Positions 12,260 through 22,955 of a DNA stretch of 64,000 nt are shown in pieces. How positions within the stretch are numbered: position 1 is the first letter of the stretch; every line of letters begins with the position of its first letter. The stretch lies in the NCBI GenBank assembly GCA_963809485.1, contig CAWEJX010000006.1, positions 256,001 through 320,000 of the forward strand. The letters are read 5' to 3'. Both the position numbers and the translations under genes were made by a program. The notes under the pieces are model-generated. The model saw nothing but the letters and a program-made list of their open reading frames with translations. It was not told the origin of the DNA and did no database searches. Origin of the DNA: an uncultured Acidobacteriota bacterium. GTDB taxonomy: Bacteria > Acidobacteriota > UBA6911.

Positions 12260-12327
12260 TAGTACCTCCGGGAATCTTCTATTATAGCAGAGAATGGCTT
12301 GCTTTCAAAGGAGCGTAATCCCTCATC

Positions 12328-14671
12328 CAAGGCTACGGCAAAGTCGCGGGGAGGCTGGCCCCCCCTGGGCAACCTTGGTCGATTTCGAGCATTGATTTCT
12401 CCTGATCAGCTCACATCGGGCCGACAAAATCGCCAAAACGCCATTTCATAGGCACTTCGTGCACACACTTCCGCATACCGGATAATCGAGTTATTCGGGG
12501 TGGACTGGGAAGAAACGTGGTTAGGCGCTGGTAAGGCCGATAAGCCGAAAGGTTCGGTTTCTATCCCACGAGCAGCGCCGGAGTCCTTTCGCGATGTACC
12601 TCGTTCCTGCCATGCGCAGCACGCTGATTACCAGGTTGCGTAAGGTTGCCATCACTTGAGGGCCTCCATTCTTGCGAACTCGCGAGCGGTCTTCATCGAA
12701 AGTCACATCACGGACCCAGTGAATGCCATTTTCGATCGACCAGTGCATACGGTTGAGTTCAAGCAGCCGTGCAGGCCCAGCCTCTTCAGGGGAGAGGCTA
12801 CTGATTCCATAGGATAATTCCGACCGGAGTTCGTTCCCTTTGAGGTCGGTCGTGAACCGATGCAGGAAAAAAACTTGTCCGGCATAAGGGAAATCGATGT
12901 AGCCGTTCAGTTCCGTGCTGGTCCGAATACTGCGGGTCTCAATACGGCCATGCCCTTTGGTCACATCAATGTGCTGAGGGGGGGAGAGCCTCGAGTCCGA
13001 GGTCTACGATGTCCTGCAGGAGAGTGGGTTGGTTGTCTTTGACCGTAAATACATAATCGGCCTTTTTGTCTTCCACCAAGAAGCGGGCGGTTTCTTTCTG
13101 AGTATGCATTGCATCCGCCGTAACCACGGCACCTTCGATGTTCAACTCTGCCAGCAACGGCTTAACGCGGGGAATTTCGTTGGTCTTCTCCCCGACGGCT
13201 ACCTGGGCCACGATGACTCCCTCCCGATGAAGCACGGCACTGAGCAGGTGGGGAGCCGGCTTGTCTCCATCATGGGCGCCACGGAGCGTCTTGCCGTCCA
13301 ATGCGATGCCTTCGCCTGCGAAAACCTTCTGCCGCGCCAGCCAACTGCAGATCGCGGCGTCGAATCCAGCAGCATCCAGGCGCTGCAAGGTTATGCGAAA
13401 GCATTTTTCCGAGGGAGCCTTGCTGCGCTTGCCTCCCAGACGTTTGAGCGCGTCCCGAGATAGTTCGCTCGCCCACTCGGCGATGGCCTCGAAACTCCGC
13501 GCCCCAGAAAGGCAAGCACATACTGCAATGGCCAGGATACTAATCAGCGGATGCCGTATGCCCCGGCGCTTGCGGGGATCCACAACCGTTCTCAACACAT
13601 CCAGGAGGCCATCCTCCCCTTCAATAGGAAGCCGATGGACGTCGAACACTGGAATCTTCTCCTTTCGATTTGCTACCACCGGAGGGGAGAATGCTGCTGC
13701 CAGCATTCTCTGCGTATCGGGATGCAGCGGACGCACGAACAACATCTTTGGCTGCCCATGGGAAGAATACCCGTTGCCGGATCTGGCAAATCCTCGAGTC
13801 TCTCCCAATGGAATCCAGCCAGCCGCGCGGTAGCAGGTCGCCTTGAACCGCGAGAGATCCACAAAGGTCTCAGCAAGCAAAATCGGATGCCCGTAACGCT
13901 CTTGCCAGTCAGAACTGAGGCGGCGTAGGTTGAGCGACAGAACCTTGGAAGCCAAGTTTTTGATGTGGGCTCCAGGAAGAACCCAAAAACGAACGTTGTT
14001 GGCAACCAAGTGAAGCCGACGCCACTTCAAAGCCTCGTCCCAGCCAATCCAAGCTTCACGATGACGGTTCTTCATTGCCGCCATGCCCCAAGCCAGCAGC
14101 GCCACCCATTGGTCGTCGATCGTGGCTACATAGCAGATCGATTCGCCAACGACGCTCTTAAATCCCAGGTAGTGCTGGCGCATCAACTGGCACCATCGCT
14201 GTCGTTCCTGGAGCGTGATCGGACGCACCTGCAGCCGATCCAAATGGACATCGGCAGGAATTTCCAGCGCAGGCTCCGGGATGACGTCCGGCAGTTTCTT
14301 ACGCGTGTACTTCCGCCTCCGGCCGGGCAGCTCGATCTGTCCTTGTCGTTCCAGGCGCGCAAGCAGGTCGCGGCAGGTTCGATGGTTCAGAGCTCCGTCG
14401 GACCTTCGCCAGTTCCACAATTTGCATAGTTGCACCGAAAGTTTTTGCCGGTTCCAATCGCGATGACTGGCGATCAGCTGTCGAATCTGCAGCACATCCT
14501 CTTTCGTGATCTTGCGAGAGGCACAGTGAAAAATGACTGTGCTTGGGACAGGATTCTTACCATGTGCGAGCCGGACCATGGCATCACAGTATCAGAATCG
14601 AAACAAAATTCCCAGAGGGTTCAACAAATTATTGATCTTAGATCAGTTAGAGTAACTATGACGGAGCCCTG
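12328..14671 (-). mobile_element. ISAs1-family insertion sequence (2344 bp)
   Basis: 10-bp target duplication ATCCCTCATC at 12318-12327 and 14672-14681; imperfect terminal IRs CAAGGCTACGGCAAAGTC / CAGGGCTCCGTCATAGTT (13/18). Confidence 0.9.
12521..14579 (-). CDS. DUF4338-like domain fused to an ISAs1 DDE transposase, split by a +1 frameshift at a C7 run (~12980)
   Basis: LVANNVRF and LAETFVD; DPRKRRGIRHPL, ALDGKTLRG, KTNEIP, VTADAMHTQ, VKDNQP; second frame HGRIETR, HWSIEN-IHWVRDVTFDED. Confidence 0.88.
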
Positions 14672-15040
14672 ATCCCTCATCCATCCCCGCCAGGCACTCG
14701 CAAGGGTAAACCGGCTCCAACGGCCGTTCTCGTGGCAATACCGGCAAGATGAAGAGCAGGTGCCATGTGCGAAAGAGAACTATATACGCGGATCCGGGAA
14801 GGTTCCCACAACGGGACTTGCATTGAAACGGGATTTCCCGTTTCCTTCTCACTCCCCGCTTCCCCGCAGATAATTTTTTCAAAACCGGGTCCCCAATATT
14901 GTCCTGTAAATGGCGCCCTTTTAAACTCATGATGACAAAGGCTCTGTTTTTGGGCTTCAACTATCGACTAGAAGGATCGAAATCCCTTCGTGGATGCTGA
15001 ATCTCGAACCTCAAATTCCGAATCCCTTTGACGGGTTCGA

Positions 15041-15070
15041 TTGACTCGGGGGGAGGGCTTGGGCTACTAT
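15041..15070 (+). promoter_or_regulatory. sigma70-type promoter of the tRNA
   Basis: TTGACT-N18-TACTAT about 35 bp upstream of the tRNA. Confidence 0.5.
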
Positions 15071-15104
15071 TTGCGACCACAACAGCCTAAGTGGCATCCG
15101 CATT

Positions 15105-15189
15105 GCCGAAGTGGCGGAACTGGCAGACGCACGGGACTCAAAATCCCGCGGTACTTGGTACCATGGGGGTTCGACCCCCCCCTTCGGCA
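15105..15189 (+). tRNA. tRNA-Leu(CAA), CCA not encoded
   Basis: Acceptor stem GCCGAAG/CTTCGGC, D-loop TGG, anticodon loop CTCAAAA, long variable arm GGTAC-TTG-GTACC, T-loop TTCGA. Confidence 0.96.
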
Positions 15190-15399
15190 CTCTCTTTAAA
15201 AGACTTACAGATTCAGCCTTTCAGTCACACCCTCAATAATGCTGTGACTTTGCCCATCGTTTGAAATTCCGACTATTATCAGACATGCAATCCAACATAC
15301 AATGGGATGCTCAACATTCAACACACGCAGGGCGGGTTTTAGTAAGCTGTCTTACATATGATGATATTTATAGAGGGTCTACTCTCTATTTGTACCTGA

Positions 15400-15762
15400 C
15401 TATTTTGTACCTGTTGCACCCTTGAATTTCTTTCCATCAATCTTTTGGATAAAGAAATACTCGGCACCCTGGTTCGCAGTATAGCCTTGGATCGTCACCT
15501 TCTTTCCGCTTTCCTTGAGGGTTTTTAGTACTTTCGGATTCTGATTGACAATAATATATTCAAAATAGGGATTTTCGCCCCTGATAAAATAGCCTCCGAG
15601 CCGTTCCATATAGTCAATCGTGCCTTGTATGGTTTCCGTTGGCGCTTTTGCCTGCATTTCAGTATGTGCTATCGTGCGCGCCTCGGAAATAACTGTACCG
15701 GTCATAGGCGCCGTGGCGAGAATGCTAAAAACAAAAAAGAAGCTCAGTATTCCTCTTATCAT
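15400..15762 (-). CDS. Hypothetical secreted protein
   Basis: Signal peptide, SD GAGGAGG. Confidence 0.7.
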   Translation of the reverse strand: MIRGILSFFFVFSILATAPMTGTVISEARTIAHTEMQAKAPTETIQGTIDYMERLGGYFIRGENPYFEYIIVNQNPKVLKTLKESGKKVTIQGYTANQGAEYFFIQKIDGKKFKGATGTK

Positions 15763-16426
15763 AACCTCCTCCTCAAGCGCTGCACTATATCACCGGATAA
15801 TCGGGGACAGACACAGCTTCAGTAAGCCCAGGCGCCTGCAGAACTCGAACGAGTCGGCACCTGTATCTGAATCCTCATCACGCCTAATTCCGATATCCGC
15901 AAGACAACAAAGAAATTGACAGGCAGCCGGAATAAAACATTGAAACGGCAAAATGCTTATCCGCAAATCAGTTTGCTTGGAAAGATAAGTATTTCTGCTC
16001 CTGAACAAATAGGCATATATCGTGATTGATTGAATTAAGCTCTTGGTCATAATCGCATTGAGCATAGCACGCTCTCAGTTTAAATAGTATTTTGGGGTTG
16101 CCATGATCTCCGTTACAGCATGATCAATTTGGCGTATCCTAGGGGCGGCTTTTTCATTTTCCAGCAATACTTGTCATAGCAGCCCAAGGCAAAGGAATAA
16201 ATATACTCGATGTTAGTGCCACCAATCGAAATCTATCGTTCCCTGCGCGACAAGACAATACGGCCGAATTTGGCATCACAAGTTCAGGTTTGAAAAAAAT
16301 TGGGATAAGTGCCGACTTCAGACGGAGATGCGGGCAAACCAGCAACACTGGACGGCAGAAGCACCGCGAGGGCACTAATCATGCCCTCGCTTTTTATAAA
16401 TGTAGTAATACCGACCAGTTATCGAA

Positions 16427-17335
16427 TTACTTCATTGCCGGCGGATGAGTATCGATGCCCGCCAGACCTCCGATAACATTGACCAGTGAAGAATCTGTAG
16501 GCACAACGATTTTGGAATTGTTGGTGAGCGATGTTTCTACCGCCTGTAGTTGCCGAAGCAGTTGCGCATTACCTTTGAAATAAAGGTCGGCCGCTTCATT
16601 TACGAGCTTAATTGCCTGAGCTTCACCATCAGCCACCAGTACCTTGGCCTGCTTCTGACCTTCAGCTTGCAGGATTGCGGCCTGCCTTTGTCCCTCAGCC
16701 ACCTTGATAGCAGCGCGTCTTTCGCCGTCTGCCTGAGTTTCACGAGCCGTCGCAAAGTCAATCGCAGCAATCTTTTCGTTACTGGCTTTGACCACTTTGT
16801 TCATTGTCTCTTGGACGTCAGTAGGAGGATTGATTTCCTTAAGTTCGGTACGGACAATCTCAAGCCCCCAGCTCTTGGTCTCCGTGGAAAGGTTAGTATA
16901 TAGTGCGCTATTGATTTTACCGCGCTCGCTGTTGGCATCCTTTAATGTCATAGTTCCGATGATGTTTCTTAGTGTTGTTCTCGCCAGAGCCACAATCTGC
17001 ACCATATAGTTGAACACATTATACTGGGATGCCTTAACATCCTCTTCATCAGAACGTACTTTAAAGTAAACCTGGGCATCAACCTGGGCATTCAGACTAT
17101 CGCTGGTGATAATTTCCTGCAGTCCGGCGTCTATCATATTTTCTGTAATATTTACGCGAATCAGCTGCTCGATAAACGGGATCAGAAAGATAATACCCGG
17201 GTTAGCAAAACGGTTGTATTTGCCAAACCGTTCGATTAAACCTCGACTGGTCGGCCTGACGGTACGAATGGATTGCCCTAGCAGCCAGATAACAAGGATT
17301 ACAGCAACGACTGTGATAATAGCGGTACCTGACAT
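16427..17335 (-). CDS. SPFH/band 7 (stomatin/QmcA-like) membrane protein
   Basis: N-terminal TM, IERFGKY, PG..F.IPFIE, TTLRNIIG, AEGQRQAAIL repeats; SD GAGG. Confidence 0.9.
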   Translation of the reverse strand: MSGTAIITVVAVILVIWLLGQSIRTVRPTSRGLIERFGKYNRFANPGIIFLIPFIEQLIRVNITENMIDAGLQEIITSDSLNAQVDAQVYFKVRSDEEDVKASQYNVFNYMVQIVALARTTLRNIIGTMTLKDANSERGKINSALYTNLSTETKSWGLEIVRTELKEINPPTDVQETMNKVVKASNEKIAAIDFATARETQADGERRAAIKVAEGQRQAAILQAEGQKQAKVLVADGEAQAIKLVNEAADLYFKGNAQLLRQLQAVETSLTNNSKIVVPTDSSLVNVIGGLAGIDTHPPAMK

Positions 17336-17429
17336 GGTAAACTTCCTCCTATTAAAAAATTTTAACCGTACGAGATTGTGATTGCCTGAGTTCCACGTGT
17401 ATTGGGGGCTACTATGGAAAGTCGGGCTC

Positions 17430-17768
17430 CTAGCTCGACAGGATTTTTTCAATCTCCCCCCCGATGGATTTTCTTGCCGCCTCTAATGCCCGCCGAAGGT
17501 CAACCACCTTACTGTCGGTCCAATCCATCCCGCAGGCCAGACCTTGCTGTAGCTTTCCTTCTACATCCTCAATGATATTATCGATGGAATGCTTTAACTC
17601 GAGCCGCGCAGCTTCCACCTTATTCCCGGCCTTTTCAGTGAATTGATGGATGTCACGGCGTGTTTTGCGTCCAGACTGGGGAGCGAACAGGAGCGCTACC
17701 CCCGCTCCCAACAAGGCACCTGCTAATAATGCAATAGCAGTGCTCCTATTTACAGCTTCGTCAGACAT
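17430..17768 (-). CDS. YtxH-domain protein
   Basis: GALLGAGVALLFAPQSGRKTRRDI. Confidence 0.85.
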   Translation of the reverse strand: MSDEAVNRSTAIALLAGALLGAGVALLFAPQSGRKTRRDIHQFTEKAGNKVEAARLELKHSIDNIIEDVEGKLQQGLACGMDWTDSKVVDLRRALEAARKSIGGEIEKILSS

Positions 17769-18168
17769 AGATTTTTTCCGTTCTTGAGGATAACGGCTTC
17801 GCTTTCTGCAACACGGCTATCGGCCATGCCGATAATTCCATTTTAATTTTCCCTCCCGGCAATTCGCAGGTCTGCTCAATTCTGCTCACGCCTATGTTCA
17901 AGATTGCTCATCCCGGATGTATTGGTGTATGTCTTCAGCAATAGTAGGACAAAAAAGCCTGTCATTTAGGAGACACTTTGCGCCGTTGCTGATTGGACGA
18001 TTTTAGCATTTTCCACTTGTCTTCGGACAAGCGTTTTCCACTCTAATCCTCGCCTCAGTTCCACACATTCTTACAGATTGGTTCTATCCCATTGTCATCG
18101 TCAGGACAAACTCCCGCGGAAATATAAAAGCACTTCAATGTTATAATCATTCGCACAGGAGGTCAGTG

Positions 18169-18267
18169 ATGGCAAAATCCAGGGATGCCAGGAAAGACGT
18201 CAAAAAGAAACCTGCAAAATCCATCAAGGAAAAGCGGAAGGCTAAGCTGGAAAGGAAGTTGAAATAG
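18169..18267 (+). CDS. 32-aa lysine-rich small protein
   Basis: MAKSRDARKDVKKKPAKSIKEKRKAKLERKLK; SD AGGAGG and upstream TATAAT; below the ORF-track cutoff. Confidence 0.7.
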   Translation: MAKSRDARKDVKKKPAKSIKEKRKAKLERKLK

Positions 18268-18884
18268 GTGAGTCCCCGCCCTTTCCAATTTCCCCAGTTT
18301 CAGACGGAGATAGCCCGATGGGCGACAATTACACTTCCCTGGCGCATTGCCTCGCTTAATCTGCTACCGGACGAAGGTCATTGCCTCATAAAAACTGTTA
18401 CCCTGTCTCACACCAAAAGGAGAAAAAATCATGGATCAACAAAACTGTAGGGTACGGTACGGGAATCTATAAAGGAAAAAAATTGGAGTCTACGACTGCA
18501 TACGGCAATTCGTTTACAGGAACCATCGTTGGTGTGATAAAGGATGTAGACAAGGAGTAGCGGGTCCGTAATCGCCTCAACAATGAGGGCCGCTCTCGGG
18601 GACGGCCTTTTCCTTCATCCGCAACCGTAATCCACACCAGGATCGCCACGGATTTGTCTCCAGCAGGGTGGATTTTAAGTAAACTGTCTTACATATTATG
18701 CTGTTATTCCCGCCGGTAAACCCTTTGTTCATGAAGCAATCGGGATGTAAATCCTTATTTTCTCATGGCTTAATCTGGTTGTGACAATGCTCGTCGTCCT
18801 CAAGGGAATGCCATCGTGCCCCCGGATGTCATTGGCAACCCCATGTCAATAATTTGAGAACCCCGCGTGCCGCCAGTTGCCGCA

Positions 18885-19114
18885 CGCGGAATACGGGCTC
18901 AAAAAATTGTGATTGTGCATATGTGGAATGGGACCCTGGAATCAGGCCCCACCCTGGCAAGAGCTCGGACCTCCGGGGGGGTATCGACCGTGCCCGTGAC
19001 TTTGCCCATGGCGGACAAAAAACACCATATTCCACCCTACTCCACCCAACTTTGTGTATCAGGTATCTATCTGATAAATCAATTATTTACAGCTATTTGA
19101 GGAACGCTGGGATC
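18885..19114. repeat. Conserved island end module, copy A
   Basis: Aligns over ~230 bp with 22015-22247. Confidence 0.9.
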
Positions 19115-19173
19115 GGACTCAAAATCCCGCGGTACTTGGTGCCATGGGGGTTCGACCCCCCCCTTCGGCACCA
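19115..19173 (+). repeat. tRNA-Leu 3' half, att copy 1 (ends in CCA)
   Basis: GGACTCAAAATCCCGCGG...CTTCGGCACCA; one change relative to the tRNA up to the discriminator base. Confidence 0.95.
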
Positions 19174-19929
19174 GTAGAATCAACGACTTGCCGTATTCGC
19201 CTTCTGAACAAAACCTCAAAAAAAGTATGACTTTGCCCGTCGAATTGAAATGGGGATTGCCAGAATCCCGCATGCCGAGGGTTGGATGATCGAGCCATTA
19301 ACAAGCCATATAGGGCAGCCAACCTCCGCATGGAGATGAAGACTCCTGACCAATTCAATGACTGTTGCCTGACAACAACTTAAATTAATGCATGTTGCTG
19401 CCAGGCAGTCAGGCTTGCGTTTCGGCCAGAGCCGTGGTAAGGAAGGAACGCCGTGATAATCCCTTGGATAATTCTCTGTCACGGCTTCGGGTAGAGGAAT
19501 CTGTTGGCAGGTCCGGTTCCATTGATCCGGCACCTCGGGTCCATCATCAATTACCTGGCGGTATAACCGGTTATACCGTTACCCATTAGCTCCGCAGTAC
19601 ATTACGGTCGGAACAGGTTGGTATTCAGGGGCAGCCGGGCAACTTGAGCATGCTGTATCGTATTTCTTGGATAGATAAATCCCGGTGTCCATTTTGGGAT
19701 TCATCTGCTGAAATCCTACGTGCATGCAGGAAGCAAGCTGGAGGCCAGAGAGGTTTCCCCTAAGGCTTGCGAGTGTGCACTTTGGCGTGGGGTCGTTGAT
19801 GCCAGGTCCGCTTATACCAACGAGCGCGATTGCAAAGGTGATTCACTTACGTTCTGCTGAATCCAGCTTGGCATTTTGGCAAGGCACAATCGATTATTCG
19901 GTATAGGGCAAGCCGCCCCGCAGCGAGCA

Positions 19930-20829
19930 CTACCAGCCCGTGGGATCGCTATGCGGGATGTCTACAAGCACGGCGTGGATCTCCCGGATCTTTCCATCGG
20001 TTACCGCGAAAAATTCCGCGACAAACGGCCCTTTAGCTCCCGCCGGCTTAGTCTTTTCTGGTGTCTTGCTGCCAAATCGCACGATACTGACAACGATGCC
20101 GCGTTCCTCGTCCACAACGGGATAGCGGCGATCATAGATGCGCGCTTTCGGAAATGCAACCTCATCAAACTGCTGGATTGCAGTATTGGGCTCTTTACCT
20201 TTGAACGGTACGTTAGTCGTTCTGAGGCCGTTTTCCCATCTCTCGGTGTCCGGCAGAAGTGGCGGGCGATAGTATTCCGGTGTACCCATCGTCTCCATTG
20301 CCCTCCAATAGGAGTCTGCCACTGCCATTAAATCGAATCGCGAATCGCGCTCGGCGGGTCGAATCGTCCGGGTAAAGTTGGCGGACAGCCCGGAAAGCTT
20401 TTCCGGATCCCAAACAGGCGAATCCCCTTTGCGGCATACAAGCGTCTCCACTTCGCTGATCTTTTGGTCTTCAACTTTGAGCCGGAGGAAAAAGGTAATG
20501 AGGTTGTTGTTCTCCTTCAGCACTGCTTCCACGGCAGCCCCGCATGTTTCCGGATCGTAGATTTCCAACTTGAAGGTCGGCTCGCCAGCCGTCTTCCACA
20601 ATCCCTCACCCAGCCTGATTTGTTTTCCGTTTTCGGTAAACTTCACAGAAGGTGACACAGCAAGCTTCGAGGGATCATGTTTAACAAGAGCATCGAAATA
20701 GGCATCAACAAAGCCCTTGAGATACCCACGATTGCAGGTCTCTGCCGAAGCTGCCTCCTGCGCCAGTACGGAACAAAGCAAACCAACCCCCATCATGGTT
20801 GTAGCTAACAGCATGCCCTTCGAATTCAT
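19930..20829 (-). CDS. Secreted hypothetical protein (possibly tandem SnoaL/NTF2-like folds)
   Basis: Signal peptide, SD AGGAGG, two repeats containing (F/W)xENG. Confidence 0.75.
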   Translation of the reverse strand: MNSKGMLLATTMMGVGLLCSVLAQEAASAETCNRGYLKGFVDAYFDALVKHDPSKLAVSPSVKFTENGKQIRLGEGLWKTAGEPTFKLEIYDPETCGAAVEAVLKENNNLITFFLRLKVEDQKISEVETLVCRKGDSPVWDPEKLSGLSANFTRTIRPAERDSRFDLMAVADSYWRAMETMGTPEYYRPPLLPDTERWENGLRTTNVPFKGKEPNTAIQQFDEVAFPKARIYDRRYPVVDEERGIVVSIVRFGSKTPEKTKPAGAKGPFVAEFFAVTDGKIREIHAVLVDIPHSDPTGW

Positions 20830-20879
20830 AATCCACCTCCTGGGCTGCGAAGCAGCCGATATGGAAAGCGGGAGCCGCC

Positions 20880-21260
20880 CCTGGGAGCGTTCCCAGTCGC
20901 GCGACTGCCAAAACGGTATCGTATAGCCGAACGTGGAACAGTTTGGAAAAAACCTCTGTTTCAGCTTTGTGGCCTTCCGTGCTTTATCCAAAGGCGCCGG
21001 CAACTTGCGGGGGCGCCTTAATAGGATCATCCGCAAACCAGGACACGGAAATGCGGCCGCAATGCTTAAGGTGCCAACTTAGCGCAACTGCCTTCGATAA
21101 GGGACTATCACCAGGAAGCACGATTTTGCCCTTCAGTCCCTCCACCTCGAATACATTCAGACCACCACGGGCCGGAATCGTCTCAATCACGAACTCTTGC
21201 CCGCTTCAGGGCAGAATGCGATCAATCCATCCGTTCACGGACTGCAACTTCAGCTTTAGA
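20880..21260 (-). pseudogene. Fragment of alpha-N-acetylglucosaminidase (GH89) N-terminus
   Basis: Broken frames give FEVEGLKGKIVLPGDSPLSKAVALSWHLK and RFFPNCSTFGYTIPFWQSRDWER, resembling the NAGLU motif NYCTFGYTMPWW.W..WER. Confidence 0.6.
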
Positions 21261-22014
21261 ATCGCCCATCAGACTTCGGGCACGCCCGGTTTCAGACATC
21301 ATTGCTGTTGCGGATAGGTTATATGTCACCCTCGACACAAGGGAACCGGTTGCAGGCCGATTTTACTGCGGATTCGAGGCGCGGCACCAGGGAATTTGGG
21401 TATGCCCTTATTTTATTGTAGCACCATCTTTGCATAAACATGCAGCGGCTGTTTAACGATTTGGGCATTGCAGCTTGACTATGCTTTATCGATGCAGTTC
21501 CCCAAGCTGCTATCAGCCGTAACGGCCTGTGCTCTGGGTCAATTTCTGCCATCCTCCGCGTTTTCCATCTCCAGGAAGGAGTGCCGTAGCCTTCGATGCA
21601 CTTCGATGCACCTATGCTGAAAATATTGGCACACACAACTGCTCATTGGAATATTTGGGCTATAAAATCCGAACGGCTCATCGAAGCGACCGTGCCGCAA
21701 CCGTGTGGGGAGAGTCTTGGTTTTTGCCCTTGAAGACACCGGACTGGGTAACAACTTTAATCTCAGGTAACCGAGGAGCAGCATAACGGCCACCTGCAAC
21801 TGATCGATAACGGCGATATCGCGGCAACCCGATAATTGCGAAAATCGTTGCGATTGCTCCGATAGAGATGATGGATCATTTTTGGGACACGTCTGTTACT
21901 GTGACCACCGTTGTGGCTTTCCGTCCACCTGCCAGCCTTCCGCGGTATCTCTCTACATGCCCCGACTCAATAGCTCGACTGCCAATGGATCTATGGAGTA
22001 TGTGATAGAAGAAT

Positions 22015-22247
22015 CGCGTGATACGGGCCTAAAAAATTGCGATTGTGCATATGTGGAATGGGACCCTGGAATCGACCCCCCACCCTGGCAAGGGCTCGGA
22101 CCTCCCTGGGGTGGGGTGACCGTGCCCGTGACTTTGCCCATGGCAGCCAAAAACTCCCCTATTCCACCCTACTCCGCCCAACTTAGTGTATCGGGAATCT
22201 ATTTGATAAATCAAGCATTTACAGCATTTTAGGGGAGTGGCAGTCCA
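22015..22247. repeat. Conserved island end module, copy B
   Basis: Aligns with 18885-19114. Confidence 0.9.
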
Positions 22248-22302
22248 GACTCAAAATCTCGCGGTACTTGGTACCATGGGGGTTCGATCCCCCCCTTCGG
22301 CA
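22248..22302 (+). repeat. tRNA-Leu 3' half, att copy 2
   Basis: GACTCAAAATCTCGCGGTACTTGGTACCATGGGGGTTCGATCCCCCCCTTCGGCA. Confidence 0.95.
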
Positions 22303-22382
22303 CTCATTAGAATCAATAACCTAGACCAAATCCCTCCTCGCTGAAGATCCCCGGAAAAGGGCCTGTTGTACTTGTTTTGTGC

Positions 22383-22892
22383 TTATTCCGAAAAAACCGC
22401 TCGCGGCTCCTTGCCTAATTTGAATGAGTGCGCAGCCAAGCCGAAGTCCAGAATCTTGACCTTGTCTCCCTCCGTGATCATGACATTGGCGGGCTTCAAA
22501 TCCCTGTGAACTACCCCCTTTTCATGTTCTGCCTCAAGCCCTTCTGCGATCTTGCGGCATATTGCCAGAGCTTCTTCAACATGCAGCGCTCCTTTGCTGA
22601 TCCTTTGCGCCAGCGTTTCGTCTTCGACAAGTTCCAGGACGAGGAAGCGTTCTCCTTCGGCTTCTTCGAGCCCGTGGATCGCAGCGATATTGGGATGATT
22701 GAGTGAAGCCAGTAGTTTGGCTTCGCGCTCGAAGCGGGCCATCCGTTCAGCATCACCCGCAAACGCATCGGGAAGGAACTTGAGCGCGACCTTGCGGTTC
22801 AGGTTCAGGTCGTCGGCCACGTAGACTTCGCCCATGCCTCCGCGGCCCAGCTGTTCGCCCACGCGATAATGTTCCAGCGTTTTCTCCATCAT
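22383..22892 (-). pseudogene. Truncated Hanks-type Ser/Thr kinase
   Basis: LGRGGMGEVY, VALK, HRDLKPAN, DFGLA, then ends at the island boundary. Confidence 0.85.
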
Positions 22893-22955
22893 ATTTATTT
22901 CGGTGTCATACTCTATGGCGGACTTGTCCGCCGAAGCCCGCAGGGCGAAGGCGGA

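Larger units (their letters stand above)
15190..19173. mobile_element. Island unit 1: integrase-less mini-island at tRNA-Leu
   Basis: Bounded by the tRNA and a tRNA 3' copy; TGACTTTGCCC repeat near both ends; visibly AT-richer cargo. Confidence 0.75.
19174..22302. mobile_element. Island unit 2: integrase-less mini-island
   Basis: Lies between two tRNA 3' copies; same arm repeat and end module as unit 1. Confidence 0.75.

Noticed and set aside
13700-14579. Druantia defence system
   Set aside because: Only a DUF4338-like domain, lying inside IS boundaries; no DruE helicase or other components.
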